64,000 nucleotides of DNA, from assembly GCA_913044115.1 (NCBI GenBank), contig CAJWNO010000002.1, positions 16,171 through 80,170 of the forward strand, in the 5' to 3' direction. A program made the translations under genes and the position numbers. Numbering within the stretch: position 1 is the first letter of the stretch; every line of letters begins with the position of its first letter. A model generated the notes under the pieces. The model was not told where the DNA came from. It worked only from the letters and a program-made list of their open reading frames with translations, and made no database searches. This document shows, piece by piece, positions 1 to 13,948 of this stretch. Source of the stretch: an uncultured Gammaproteobacteria bacterium. Its GTDB lineage: Bacteria; Pseudomonadota; Gammaproteobacteria; Magnimaribacterales; TMED112.

Positions 1-537
1 TTGTCTGTTGTTATAGATCCTCCTGCCCTAGAAACAAGAACAGCTATTTTGTTAAAAAAGGCAGAAGAGATGAATCTACAGCTGCCAGAAGATTGCGCCT
101 TCTTCATAGCACAACAAGTCAAATCAAATGTAAGAGAGCTAGAAGGCGCTCTTAAAAGAGTTGCTGCTAATGCAAAGTTTGCAAAATCAGAAATAGACAT
201 CAACCTTATTAAAGAGTCTTTGAGGGATGTGTTGGCGATACAAGCCAAAATGGTAACTATCGGAAACATCCAAAGGGTGGTGGCAGACTATTACAACATC
301 AAGCTTAGTGATCTTTTGTCTAAAAGAAGAAATAGATCGATCGCAAGACCAAGACAGGTAGCCATGGCATTAGCAAAAGAACTAACAAATCATAGCCTTC
401 CAGAGATTGGGGAAGCTTTTGGTGGGCGCGACCACACAACAGTTATACATGCTTGTGAAAAAACAAAAGAACTTAAAAAGGACAACTTAGAAATTGATGA
501 GGATTATAAAAAACTAAGAAGAAGTCTTTCAGCATAA
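1..537 (+). CDS. dnaA: Chromosomal replication initiator DnaA, C-terminal part (gene starts upstream of window)
   Basis: Frame is open from base 1. C-terminal DNA-binding domain motifs are present ([34 protein letters not shown]). The stop overlaps the dnaN ATG (TAATG). Gene order is dnaA-dnaN-recF-gyrB. Confidence 0.95.
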   Translation: MSVVIDPPALETRTAILLKKAEEMNLQLPEDCAFFIAQQVKSNVRELEGALKRVAANAKFAKSEIDINLIKESLRDVLAIQAKMVTIGNIQRVVADYYNIKLSDLLSKRRNRSIARPRQVAMALAKELTNHSLPEIGEAFGGRDHTTVIHACEKTKELKKDNLEIDEDYKKLRRSLSA

Positions 538-1634
538 TGAAATTTTCTATAGACAAATCAGAAATCATAAATGAGTTTCAATCTCTAGCAGCTGTTGCTG
601 ACAAAAAACAAACACTACCAATATTGAGCAACATTTTAATAAGGTGCGAGGCAGACAATATAAGAATGTTAAGCACAGACCTTGAGGTTGAGCTAGACAT
701 AAGCCTTAAGGGGGCCAACATTGTGTCACCAGGAGAGACAACAATTCCAGCCAAAAAAGCCGCAGACATTATCAGAGAGCTTCCCGAAGGAGAGGTGTCT
801 TTTGAGCTCAATGATGACAGCTCCAAACTAACAGTTAAGTCTTCATCGGGCAGATACAATCTGGCAACCATACCAGGATCTGATTTTCCCGACTTCGATG
901 TTGTAAAGAGCGATATTGTGCACAAAATTACCACAGAAAAGCTCATTGAATTATTCCACAAAACATCTTTTGCAATGGCCAACCAAGACTGGAGACATTA
1001 TCTCAATGGGTGTTTGTTTGAAAAAAGCGAAACAGCACTAAATATGGTGGCTACAGACGCCCACAGGCTGGCTATTTATAAATCAAATCTAGAAACACAG
1101 GGAGACTTTTCTGGAATAATACCAAGAAAAACAGTTGTAGAGCTGATGAAAATTTTACCCAAACAAGAAGAAGAAATAGAGTTCTATATAAATGCAAATA
1201 ATATAGTTTTTATGTCTAAAAAATTTACATTTAAATCAAAACTTATAGACGGAAACTATCCAAACTACAACCAGGTGGTTCCTCAAGGGGAGGGGGTGAA
1301 AATAACCTTTAACAGAAGAAACATGCTTGACTCTTTATCACGAGTTTCTGTGCTTACAAGTGAAAAATTTAAAGGCGTAAAGCTTAAGTCTGACAATGGG
1401 GTTCTTGATGTTTCAGCACACAACCCTGACCAAGAGTCAGCCGAAGAAAAGCTTGACGTTACTGGAGATCCAAGCTCATTCGACATAGCTTTTAATGTAA
1501 ATTATCTAAAAGAGGTGTTAAGCACCATAGAAGATGAAGAAATTTCATTAATTAGTTTTGGCAGCGACAAAAGCGCGCTTGTACAAAGCAGCGACTCAAA
1601 CCAGGTCTTAGTATTGATGCCATTGCTTCTATAA
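537..1634 (+). CDS. dnaN: DNA polymerase III beta sliding clamp
   Basis: 365 aa, the typical clamp length. C-terminus is ...VLVLMPLLL. It sits between dnaA and recF. Confidence 0.95.
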   Translation: MKFSIDKSEIINEFQSLAAVADKKQTLPILSNILIRCEADNIRMLSTDLEVELDISLKGANIVSPGETTIPAKKAADIIRELPEGEVSFELNDDSSKLTVKSSSGRYNLATIPGSDFPDFDVVKSDIVHKITTEKLIELFHKTSFAMANQDWRHYLNGCLFEKSETALNMVATDAHRLAIYKSNLETQGDFSGIIPRKTVVELMKILPKQEEEIEFYINANNIVFMSKKFTFKSKLIDGNYPNYNQVVPQGEGVKITFNRRNMLDSLSRVSVLTSEKFKGVKLKSDNGVLDVSAHNPDQESAEEKLDVTGDPSSFDIAFNVNYLKEVLSTIEDEEISLISFGSDKSALVQSSDSNQVLVLMPLLL

Positions 1635-1637
1635 TCT

Positions 1638-5963
<4,326 letters not shown>

Positions 5964-6009
5964 TATTTTTCCTATAGTATGTTTATTAGGCTATTTTATT
6001 ACTTTAGAT

Positions 6010-6825
6010 ATGTTTAGCATACTTTTTGGTTTAATTTCCCGCACACCTCTTCGAGTCCTAAGAGGGATGTCTTTGATTTTGACAAAATTTCTAATTCTTT
6101 TTAAAGCAAAACAATACCAAGTTACGCAAAAAAACATTAATCATTGTTTTGGGCAAAATTCTGAACTAATAAACAATAGTTTTAGAGAAACAATAGACAT
6201 GTCATTGGTTTTTCCTTTCATTTGGGGAAAAAAAGATAACTTTAAAAAACTTTTAGACACAGACTACATTCAAAACAAAACTCTGGACAACGGTAGGCCA
6301 AAACTGTTCTTTACTCTTCACATGGGTTGTGTGGATATGCTCGTTTTTATAATGGGTGAATTACTGTCACAAATAAATATTTTGTATACGCCAGCAAAAA
6401 ATAAAAAACTAGAAGCAAAACTAAAAAAAATTAGAGAAAGCGGGGGAGCAAAAATGTTGCCTGCCACCGATAATGGCGTAAAAGAGCTATATAAAAGGTT
6501 TTTAGCAGGTGAAAATTTATTGATAGCATCAGACCTGGTGCCTCATAAAAAAGGAGTATATGAAAAATTTTTTAACAAAGAATGTTTCTGTATTGATTTA
6601 ATAGAGAAGCTTTCACAAAAAAATACTCACGATCTTTACATGGTCTATTTAACAAAAGGCAAGGAAAAAAAATATAGCTTTAAAGTGAAAAAAATTGAAA
6701 ACCAAATAACAACAAAAGAAATGAACAGGCATTTCGAAGAAGCAATCTTAGGTGCTCCAGAAATTTATGGATGGGAGTACAAAAAATTTAGAAAATTAAG
6801 ACCAAACAATACCAATATTTATTAA
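6010..6825 (+). CDS. Lipid A late acyltransferase family protein (LpxL/HtrB-like)
   Basis: HX4D acyltransferase motif (HMGCVD), an N-terminal hydrophobic segment and NINHCF (compare NL..CFP). I moved the start to the ATG at 6010 because the track start at 5935 overlaps the glyQS 5' end. A similar gene lies near gyrB in Pseudomonas (from memory). Confidence 0.6.
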   Translation: MFSILFGLISRTPLRVLRGMSLILTKFLILFKAKQYQVTQKNINHCFGQNSELINNSFRETIDMSLVFPFIWGKKDNFKKLLDTDYIQNKTLDNGRPKLFFTLHMGCVDMLVFIMGELLSQINILYTPAKNKKLEAKLKKIRESGGAKMLPATDNGVKELYKRFLAGENLLIASDLVPHKKGVYEKFFNKECFCIDLIEKLSQKNTHDLYMVYLTKGKEKKYSFKVKKIENQITTKEMNRHFEEAILGAPEIYGWEYKKFRKLRPNNTNIY

Positions 6826-8258
6826 TTTTTCCAAAAAGAAGGAATCATTAAAATCAGAACACCAAACAACTCAAGCCTTCCAACTATCATTGCCATAGTG
6901 AGAGCAAGCTTCCCACCGCTGGTTAAGCTTGAATAGTTTTCAGATAGATCGCCTAAACCCGGACCTAAGTTATTTATGGCAGCAGCAGTTCCTGAAAAAG
7001 CCGAGTAAAAATCAACATCTTGAAAAACAAGAACAAACAGAAAGAATAAAAAGAAAGTTATATAGATTGCTATAAAAGAAAAAACAGCTTCTATCTGAGA
7101 AGAGACTACCTTTTCTCCATTTAGTTTCACGCTGCTTACGGCATTTGGGTGCATTATTTTAGTCATGTTTGAAAACCCTACCTTTAACATCAACAAAACT
7201 CGCCATGCTTTCATGCCTCCACCAACCGAACCAGAACAAGCCCCTATAAAAGCTATGATAAAAATAAGAAAACCAACAGAGCTTCCAAGTGCTGTTAGGG
7301 GCTCAAGCGTAAAACCAGTGGTAGTTACAATGGAAATGGTTTGAAAAACACCATACCTTAAAGCGCTATCAAAAGAAAAACCTTCTTTAACATAAAGAGT
7401 TAAGACAGAAACAAAAACAGCAAACAGCACAACAACTAAGAAAAATTTGAGCTCATCGTTTCTCAAATAATATCTAAAGCTTGCTTTAGTAAAAGACAAG
7501 AAATGTAAACCAAAGTTGGTTGCAGAAATCATCATAAAAACAACAGCTACAAGCTCTATGGTCTGATTATTGAAGTATCCAAAATTCTCGTTATATATAG
7601 AGAAGCCTCCAATAGAAACTGTGCTGAAAGAGTGGCAAAACGCTTCAAACCAAGACATTCCAGCCAGCCAATAAGAAACTACACAAGCCAAGGTGATAAG
7701 AAAATAAAACTTTAGTAGTGATCTAGCAGTTTCCCTTAGTCTTGGGGAAAAGGTTTTATCTGCAAACCCAGATGTTTCTGCTTGTAGAACTTTCATTCCT
7801 CCTGAAACAGCAGGAATAATCGCCAATACAACTATAACCAAACCTACACCACCAGCCCACTGTAAAAGCTGCCTATACAAAAGAATATGATCTGGAAGTC
7901 TAGACAAGTCCTCTATAACTGTTGAGCCTGTGGTCGTTAACCCAGAAACAGCCTCAAACAATGCATCAAAGAAGCTCATATTGCTATTAAGGAAAGGCAT
8001 GGCTGCCAAAACCGATATAAAAACCCAAGTTAAGAAAGTAATTATGAAGCCATCTCTAGGCGAATAAGAGAATTTTTGCCTTCTTAGTGTGAACATGATT
8101 AGCAATGAATATGCAATACAGAACACATATGTCCACAACAATTCACTATCAACTAAATTGTTAAAATAACTCATTAACAAAGGTGGCAAAACAACAAAAG
8201 ACCCAAAGAATAAAAGAGTGGGCCCAAGAAACCGCAGGAGCTTAAGAGTAGTTATCAT
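6822..8258 (-). CDS. trkH: Trk-type K+ uptake protein TrkH
   Basis: 478-aa polytopic membrane protein with repeated pore-like segments (TTTGST, SGGMKV, TTTGFT, GGGMKA). Adjacent to trkA. Confidence 0.85.
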   Translation of the reverse strand: MITTLKLLRFLGPTLLFFGSFVVLPPLLMSYFNNLVDSELLWTYVFCIAYSLLIMFTLRRQKFSYSPRDGFIITFLTWVFISVLAAMPFLNSNMSFFDALFEAVSGLTTTGSTVIEDLSRLPDHILLYRQLLQWAGGVGLVIVVLAIIPAVSGGMKVLQAETSGFADKTFSPRLRETARSLLKFYFLITLACVVSYWLAGMSWFEAFCHSFSTVSIGGFSIYNENFGYFNNQTIELVAVVFMMISATNFGLHFLSFTKASFRYYLRNDELKFFLVVVLFAVFVSVLTLYVKEGFSFDSALRYGVFQTISIVTTTGFTLEPLTALGSSVGFLIFIIAFIGACSGSVGGGMKAWRVLLMLKVGFSNMTKIMHPNAVSSVKLNGEKVVSSQIEAVFSFIAIYITFFLFFLFVLVFQDVDFYSAFSGTAAAINNLGPGLGDLSENYSSLTSGGKLALTMAMIVGRLELFGVLILMIPSFWKN

Positions 8259-9595
8259 CTAAATTTTTCGTAAAAAGAATCAATATCATCTTTATTTTTA
8301 TAAAACACTATCAAATGATCATCTTCATGAATTTGGGTGTCTCCATGAGCCATTATTACTTCATCTCCCCTCATAATTGCTGGAATATTTATGTTCTCAT
8401 CTAGACCAAGATCTGATATTAGTTTGTCTTTAAGTTTTTCAGAAGAAGAATCAACCCCAATCTCTATTGCTTCAGCCATTCCTTTTTTAACTTTATGAAC
8501 GTTTGATACAGAGCCTTTTCTGATAAATTTTAAAACATGCGAGACAGTAATTTGAACAGGTGAAATAATTATGTCTAGCTCATTTTTTCCAACAAGATCA
8601 AAATACGCCTCTTTGTTTATGATTGTAATTGTTTTTTTTGAGCCTAATTTCTTTGACATTAGAGAGCACAAAACATTTGACTCATCATCTTGGGTTACAG
8701 CCACAAAGACATCACACTCTGATATGCCTTCAGATGACAAAAAGTCCTTATCAGCTGCGTCAGCATTTAAAACCAAAACACCATCGAGCTCTTCAGATGC
8801 GACTTCACACTTATCTATATTTTTTTCAATAAGCTTTGTATTAAAATCATCGTTTATTTTCTTTGCTAATGACTTTCCAATATTTCCTGCTCCAGCAACA
8901 TAGATATTTTTGTACTGGCTCTCAAGTTTTTGCAATTCCTTAGTCACATCTTCAATATGTTTTTCGTCAGCAATAAAATAAACCTCATCACCCTCATTTA
9001 TAGTGGTGCTTCCTGTAGGAATTATTAATTCATCATCTCTGTAAATTGCCGGTATTCTTGTTTCATATTCTGGCAAATCATCTTTTAGTTCTTTTATTTG
9101 TCTTCCAACTAAAACGCCAGTTGGTTTCGCATAGACACTTACAAGCTTAATTTTTCCATCGGCAAAATCTAAAATTTCAAGAGCCCCTGGATGGTGAAGT
9201 AGGCTTTTTATTTCTTCTGTTATTAGGTCTTCAGGGTTAATGAAAAAATCTACAAAAGGCGTAATTTCTTTTGCAATATTTTTATATTCTGGCCCTTTTA
9301 GTCGACAAACTATTCTTCCAGCATTGAACTTCTGTTTACCAATTAAAGAGGCTAATAGGTTGGTTTCTTCAGAGTCTGTTAAACACAACAATAAGCTCTC
9401 TTCATCTAAACCTGCTTTGGCTAGAGTTCTTGGAGAAGAGCCATTTCCATGAATTGTTTGAATGCCCTCAACCCCTTTAATAGGCTCAAGGTTATCGTCG
9501 TTATTGTCTATTACAACAACATCATTTTCTTCTGAAGAAAGCTCTTTGGCTACACTTCCACCAATAGAACCACCCCCCAATATGATTATTTTCAA
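8255..9595 (-). CDS. trkA: Trk system NAD-binding component TrkA
   Basis: Two Rossmann glycine loops (ILGGGSIGGS and VAGAGNIGKS) in a tandem RCK architecture. 446 aa. Confidence 0.9.
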   Translation of the reverse strand: MKIIILGGGSIGGSVAKELSSEENDVVVIDNNDDNLEPIKGVEGIQTIHGNGSSPRTLAKAGLDEESLLLCLTDSEETNLLASLIGKQKFNAGRIVCRLKGPEYKNIAKEITPFVDFFINPEDLITEEIKSLLHHPGALEILDFADGKIKLVSVYAKPTGVLVGRQIKELKDDLPEYETRIPAIYRDDELIIPTGSTTINEGDEVYFIADEKHIEDVTKELQKLESQYKNIYVAGAGNIGKSLAKKINDDFNTKLIEKNIDKCEVASEELDGVLVLNADAADKDFLSSEGISECDVFVAVTQDDESNVLCSLMSKKLGSKKTITIINKEAYFDLVGKNELDIIISPVQITVSHVLKFIRKGSVSNVHKVKKGMAEAIEIGVDSSSEKLKDKLISDLGLDENINIPAIMRGDEVIMAHGDTQIHEDDHLIVFYKNKDDIDSFYEKFR

Positions 9596-10530
9596 ATCAA
9601 TAAATCTCCTTTAGAAATTATATCTCTTTTTGAGTTAAAGAAATCTAAAGAACTAATAACTTTTTTTCCTGGAAACTGAACGGCAGTAATTGAGACAACA
9701 CCATCTTTACAAAAAATATCTAAAGACTGTTTATCAAAAGCACAAACCTCTCCTGGTCTTCCAGTTCTGCTAGTGTCTATATCAAGAGACAATATTTTTG
9801 TTTTTTCGCCTTTTAAATCAAAATAACATTGCGGCCATTTTTTAAATGCACGAAATTTGTTTTTAATATGAGCTGATGGCAGATGCCAATTTATCTTGCC
9901 TTCATCTTTATCAATTTTTTCAGCATATGAAGCTTTTGAGTGGTCTTGGTTTTGTGCTTCAAGGCCATCTTGTATGCTTTCGATCACTGAACCAATTTTA
10001 TTTATGGAACTTTCAAGCAACAAATCTTCAACCTCATAAAAATCTTTATTTTCTATATTTGTTACAACCTTTTCATATACTGGCCCCTCATCTAATCCTT
10101 CGTCCAGCTTCATAAAACTTACGCCTGAAACTTTGTCACCATTAGCTATTGCTCTTTGCATCGGAGCGGCTCCTCTATGCTCTGGTAGCAGAGAAAAATG
10201 CACATTTAAGCAACCGTTTTTTGGGTGAGTTAACAACCAATTTGGAATTAACTTTCCATAAGCAACAACAACCATAAGGTCTATGGCGTGTGAGCAAATT
10301 AGATCTTTTGCAGACTGTGAATTTAGGTTTTCTGGTTGGTAAACCGGGATCTTATTGTTTTGGTTGGCAAACAAAGACTCTTTTTGTGTGAGCCCTCTTC
10401 CAGATGCTTTATTAGGCTGTGTTAATACAAACTCAATAGATATATTGTCTATTTCTAGAAGCTTAGAGAAATGATCAAAGGCAATTTTGGGCGTGCCAGC
10501 AAAGCCAATCCTAACCTTTGTTTTTACCAT
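9592..10530 (-). CDS. fmt: Methionyl-tRNA formyltransferase
   Basis: HFSLLPEHRGAAPMQRAI motif. Lies downstream of def. Confidence 0.95.
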   Translation of the reverse strand: MVKTKVRIGFAGTPKIAFDHFSKLLEIDNISIEFVLTQPNKASGRGLTQKESLFANQNNKIPVYQPENLNSQSAKDLICSHAIDLMVVVAYGKLIPNWLLTHPKNGCLNVHFSLLPEHRGAAPMQRAIANGDKVSGVSFMKLDEGLDEGPVYEKVVTNIENKDFYEVEDLLLESSINKIGSVIESIQDGLEAQNQDHSKASYAEKIDKDEGKINWHLPSAHIKNKFRAFKKWPQCYFDLKGEKTKILSLDIDTSRTGRPGEVCAFDKQSLDIFCKDGVVSITAVQFPGKKVISSLDFFNSKRDIISKGDLLI

Positions 10531-11023
10531 CCTTCATTTTTGTTAGTTTTTCTTTTATACGACCTCTTTTTAGGGACGACGCATAATCAACCAATAATTT
10601 ACCATTAAGATGATCAATCTCATGCTGAATGCAATAGCCCAAAAGACCATCAGCTATAAGTTTTTCACTCTCTCCCTTAAGATTTTGGTAGCTCAACTCT
10701 ATTTCTTTTGCTCTAGGCACCTCTTGTTGGAAGGTTGGGATGGATAAACAGCCCTCCTTGGATATTTCTTGTGTATCATCAAGCACCTCATAGCTTGGGT
10801 TTACAATAAATATTGGGTCTGATCTGTCTTCAGACAGGTCAATAACTATTAGTCTTTCATGAATGTCAACTTGAGTAGCAGCCAAACCGATTCCCTTATC
10901 TTCATACATTGTAAAAAGCATATCCTCTGCTTTTTTTTGCAAATCTTCATCAAAGCTCGTAATTGTAGATGCTTTTTTTCTTAACCTTGGGTCAGGAAAT
11001 GTTAAAATATTCAGCCTATTCAT
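10511..11023 (-). CDS. def: Peptide deformylase
   Basis: All three PDF motifs are present: GIGLAATQV, EGCLSIP, QHEIDHLNG. Confidence 0.97.
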   Translation of the reverse strand: MNRLNILTFPDPRLRKKASTITSFDEDLQKKAEDMLFTMYEDKGIGLAATQVDIHERLIVIDLSEDRSDPIFIVNPSYEVLDDTQEISKEGCLSIPTFQQEVPRAKEIELSYQNLKGESEKLIADGLLGYCIQHEIDHLNGKLLVDYASSLKRGRIKEKLTKMKDGKNKG

Positions 11024-11049
11024 AGATTAATTATTATAGTTTTATATAT

Positions 11050-11544
11050 ATGGACAATATACAAGTTTCTGTAATTCTCGGTTCCGATTCTGATGTGGAT
11101 CTCGGTAAAGCAGCAATCAAATCTTTAAGAAGCTTTGACATCTCATGTGAGCTTAAAGTTATTTCTGCTCACCGATCTCCAGATGTATTAGTAGATTATC
11201 TAAAAACCTCAAAAGAAAGAGGCTGCAAAGCTTACATTGCAATTGCTGGTATGGCAGCACACTTAGCCGGCGCAGTAGCAGCACATTCGTCAAGCCCAGT
11301 TCTTGGTGTTCCGACCGAACATAGCCTTAACGGCCTTGATGCAATTTTATCAACCTTACAAATGCCAGCTGGAGTACCTGTTGCAACTTTTGCAGCCGGA
11401 ACAGCAGGCGCAACTAATGCAGGCATATTCGCTGCCCAAATGCTTGGAATAGAAAATGGTGATATGGCTGAAAAAATGATCGATTTTAAGAAAGAGCTTA
11501 GAGAGAAAACCATTAAGAAAGATCAAAATCTTGATAGAGATTGA
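11050..11544 (+). CDS. purE: N5-carboxyaminoimidazole ribonucleotide mutase
   Basis: Motifs GSDSD, ISAHRSPD, AGMAAHLAG. 164 aa. Confidence 0.95.
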   Translation: MDNIQVSVILGSDSDVDLGKAAIKSLRSFDISCELKVISAHRSPDVLVDYLKTSKERGCKAYIAIAGMAAHLAGAVAAHSSSPVLGVPTEHSLNGLDAILSTLQMPAGVPVATFAAGTAGATNAGIFAAQMLGIENGDMAEKMIDFKKELREKTIKKDQNLDRD

Positions 11545-12059
11545 AGACTACAACTAGAATTGATGTCGCCACTGATTGGGCGCTAGATAGGCGCATAATT
11601 GCATATCCTACCGAAGGGGTTTGGGGTTTAGGCGGCTTAAATTTGCCTGAAATAACCAAAGAACTAATGCATATAAAATCCAGGCCAAACGAAAAAAAAT
11701 TCATACTTTTATTCCACAGCTCAGAGCAGTTAAAAAAAACCCTAAATATAAATTCTGAATATTTTGATCTTATTGAAAAACATAAACACACTTTTACAAC
11801 AATGATTATTCCAACCGCAACAGAGAAAGTAGCGGCAAGAATCCCAGGAAACAGTGCTTTGCTTAAATTTCTAAAATTAATCAATAAACCGCTGATATCA
11901 ACGTCTGCTAACATTTCTGGAGAACCTGTTTGTAAAGACATACACGAGATAAAGAAAGTCTTTGATGGTAAAATTTATGGGGCTTTAGATGCGCCACTAG
12001 GCGGGGAAAACCAACCATCAAAAATTATTGATTTGGAAAAAAATGAATATATTAGATAG
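11541..12059 (+). CDS. tsaC: L-threonylcarbamoyladenylate synthase (short YrdC/TsaC type)
   Basis: IAYPTEGVWGLGG and ISTSANISGEP motifs. TTG start overlaps the purE stop. Confidence 0.8.
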   Translation: MKTTTRIDVATDWALDRRIIAYPTEGVWGLGGLNLPEITKELMHIKSRPNEKKFILLFHSSEQLKKTLNINSEYFDLIEKHKHTFTTMIIPTATEKVAARIPGNSALLKFLKLINKPLISTSANISGEPVCKDIHEIKKVFDGKIYGALDAPLGGENQPSKIIDLEKNEYIR

Positions 12060-12963
12060 ACAAAACAACATCGCAAGTGCATTTGAAAATATACACAAAA
12101 ACGTTCTTTTAGAATTTAAGGTGTATGAGAATAATGAAAACATTGTGAATGACAAATGGGAGAAAGAAGGTTTAGGTAATGGCCATTCTGTTGTAATTGA
12201 TGATGGGAGTTTTTTTGATAAGGCTGGAATTAACTTTTCAAAGATCAGCGGTAAAAAATTGCCAGAGTCTTCTATTGGCAGGACCAATGAATCCTCAGGA
12301 TTGCCATATTTTGCTACCGGAGTCTCTGTCGTTTTTCATCCCAAAAACCCAAACATCCCAACCTCACACCTCAATGTAAGATATTTTTGTACTTATAAAA
12401 ATGATGAAGTTTTTGAGGAGTGGTTCGGTGGTGGTTTTGATTTAACACCATATTTTTTTGATCATACAGATTGTGTTAGCTGGCATAAAGCAGCAAAAAA
12501 AGCTTGTGACACATTAGGCGAAGAGAAATACAAAGAATTTAAACGGAATTGCGATGAATATTTCTTTCTGCCCCATAGAAAAGAGCACAGAGGTATTGGA
12601 GGAATATTTTATGAGAAACAAGAATTCCAAAATATTGAAGCTGGGATAGAGTTTTCAGATAAGGTAAGCAGCGCCTATATAGAAGCTTATAAAAATATTG
12701 TTGATAAAAATAAAGATAAAGAATACTCAGATGATGACAAAAAATTTCAAAGATTTAGAAGGGGAAGGTATGTTGAGTTTAATCTTGTTTATGACAGAGG
12801 AACTCTTTTTGGGCTTCAATCTGGCGGAAGAATAGAATCGATTTTAATGTCATTGCCAAATGCGGTAGAGTGGCATTATAAATTTGATGCTGATTTAACT
12901 AAAGAACAAATGATGCTCTATAGAGTGCTTAAGCATCCTGAAGACTGGATAAAAAATGTATAA
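12043..12963 (+). CDS. hemF: Oxygen-dependent coproporphyrinogen III oxidase
   Basis: GGGFDLTPYF and RRGRYVEFNLVYDRGTLFGLQSGGR motifs. I chose the ATG at 12043 rather than the TTG at 12028. Confidence 0.93.
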   Translation: MNILDRQNNIASAFENIHKNVLLEFKVYENNENIVNDKWEKEGLGNGHSVVIDDGSFFDKAGINFSKISGKKLPESSIGRTNESSGLPYFATGVSVVFHPKNPNIPTSHLNVRYFCTYKNDEVFEEWFGGGFDLTPYFFDHTDCVSWHKAAKKACDTLGEEKYKEFKRNCDEYFFLPHRKEHRGIGGIFYEKQEFQNIEAGIEFSDKVSSAYIEAYKNIVDKNKDKEYSDDDKKFQRFRRGRYVEFNLVYDRGTLFGLQSGGRIESILMSLPNAVEWHYKFDADLTKEQMMLYRVLKHPEDWIKNV

Positions 12964-13711
12964 GCTTGGCATTATAGGAAAAGGGATCAGCTATTCTCTC
13001 TCCCCTTTAATCCATCAAAATTTTGCAAAGCAGTTTGATATAGAAGTTGATTATCAAATATACGATATTAAAGATGACCCTGTTGCATTCGTAGAAGAAT
13101 TTTTCGCAAATAATGGCTACGGCTTAAATATAACAAAACCATACAAAGAAGCTTTTTCAGATAAATTTCCGGATACGGCAAAATCAATTAATTGTTTATA
13201 TGAAAATGGGAATAAGGCTGCATCTACAGACGGGCTAGGTCTAACAAAAGACCTAGATTCAAAAGAAATTGATTATTTAGATATGAATATATTGGTATAT
13301 GGATTAGGTGGCGCATCAAAGTCTATATTGAATAGCATCAAAAACTCAAAAAATGTTTTTATTGCCAATAGATCTGAAGAAAAGCTAAAAAATGTGCTGA
13401 TGAAAGAAAAAAAACTAAAAAAATATGATGGACAAAGCCTAGATCTTATAATTTCATGTACTCAAGGTTTAGATTTGAACACTATAAAATATTTTGAACA
13501 CTTAAATATCAAGGATGATGCTGTCTTATATGATATAAACTACTCAAACCAAACAAATGCCTTATTTTCAGAGCTTTCACTCGTGAAAGAAAGCAATTAT
13601 TATGATGGTGTCGGTATGTTGGTTGAGCAAGCAGCAGCCTGTTTTTATCTATGGTTTGGAAAAAGCCCAGAGGTTGAGGGCATGAAGAAAGAGCTAAATG
13701 AAAGGATATAA
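12956..13711 (+). CDS. aroE: Shikimate dehydrogenase
   Basis: SLSPLIHQNF, GLNITKPYKE and GLGGASKS motifs. hemF-aroE synteny as in Pseudomonas. Confidence 0.85.
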   Translation: MYKLGIIGKGISYSLSPLIHQNFAKQFDIEVDYQIYDIKDDPVAFVEEFFANNGYGLNITKPYKEAFSDKFPDTAKSINCLYENGNKAASTDGLGLTKDLDSKEIDYLDMNILVYGLGGASKSILNSIKNSKNVFIANRSEEKLKNVLMKEKKLKKYDGQSLDLIISCTQGLDLNTIKYFEHLNIKDDAVLYDINYSNQTNALFSELSLVKESNYYDGVGMLVEQAAACFYLWFGKSPEVEGMKKELNERI

Positions 13712-13883
13712 GTTTATAGCTGGAGCGGTTTGTCCGTCTTGCGGTGACCTTGACTCGGTAATGCTTAAAAATGACGATTCAATGATTAAATGTGTTTCAT
13801 GTAATTATTTTCAAAAAAAGGAAGATGAGTTTGATAAAAAAGGCAATGAAATCATAGAATCTATTAAGATTCTTAACGACTAA
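13698..13883 (+). CDS. yheV: YheV-family zinc-ribbon protein
   Basis: 61 aa. KFIAGAVCPSCGDLDS...CVSCNY matches the E. coli YheV pattern (RFIAGAKCPAC..DS...CV.CG). Confidence 0.6.
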   Translation: MKGYKFIAGAVCPSCGDLDSVMLKNDDSMIKCVSCNYFQKKEDEFDKKGNEIIESIKILND

Positions 13884-13948
13884 AAAACCCTATATTACTA
13901 CCGTTTATTACTCGACATTAACAGTATTTATAGTAGTATATTGCGTAC

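Noticed and set aside
578-982. 134-aa minus-strand ORF antisense to dnaN
   Set aside because: It lies entirely inside a well-supported dnaN frame. The translation is Ser/Leu-rich and low in complexity with no recognisable motif. This is a typical shadow ORF.
6330-6338. DnaA-box-like TGTGGATAT, and a general search for oriC in the window
   Set aside because: It is a single 8/9 match inside the acyltransferase coding sequence. dnaA and dnaN overlap, so there is no spacer for an origin. Any oriC must lie upstream of the window.
11513-11941. 142-aa minus-strand ORF antisense to tsaC
   Set aside because: It overlaps the motif-bearing tsaC frame, and its product matches no family I recognise. I treat it as a shadow ORF.
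13884-13948. Possible leaderless coxB mRNA from a TAGTAT/TATATT -10 only 6-9 nt before the ATG
   Set aside because: -10-like hexamers are abundant by chance in this AT-rich spacer, and the -35 match (TCGACA) has awkward spacing. coxB may simply be co-transcribed with aroE-yheV. The evidence is too weak to report as a feature.
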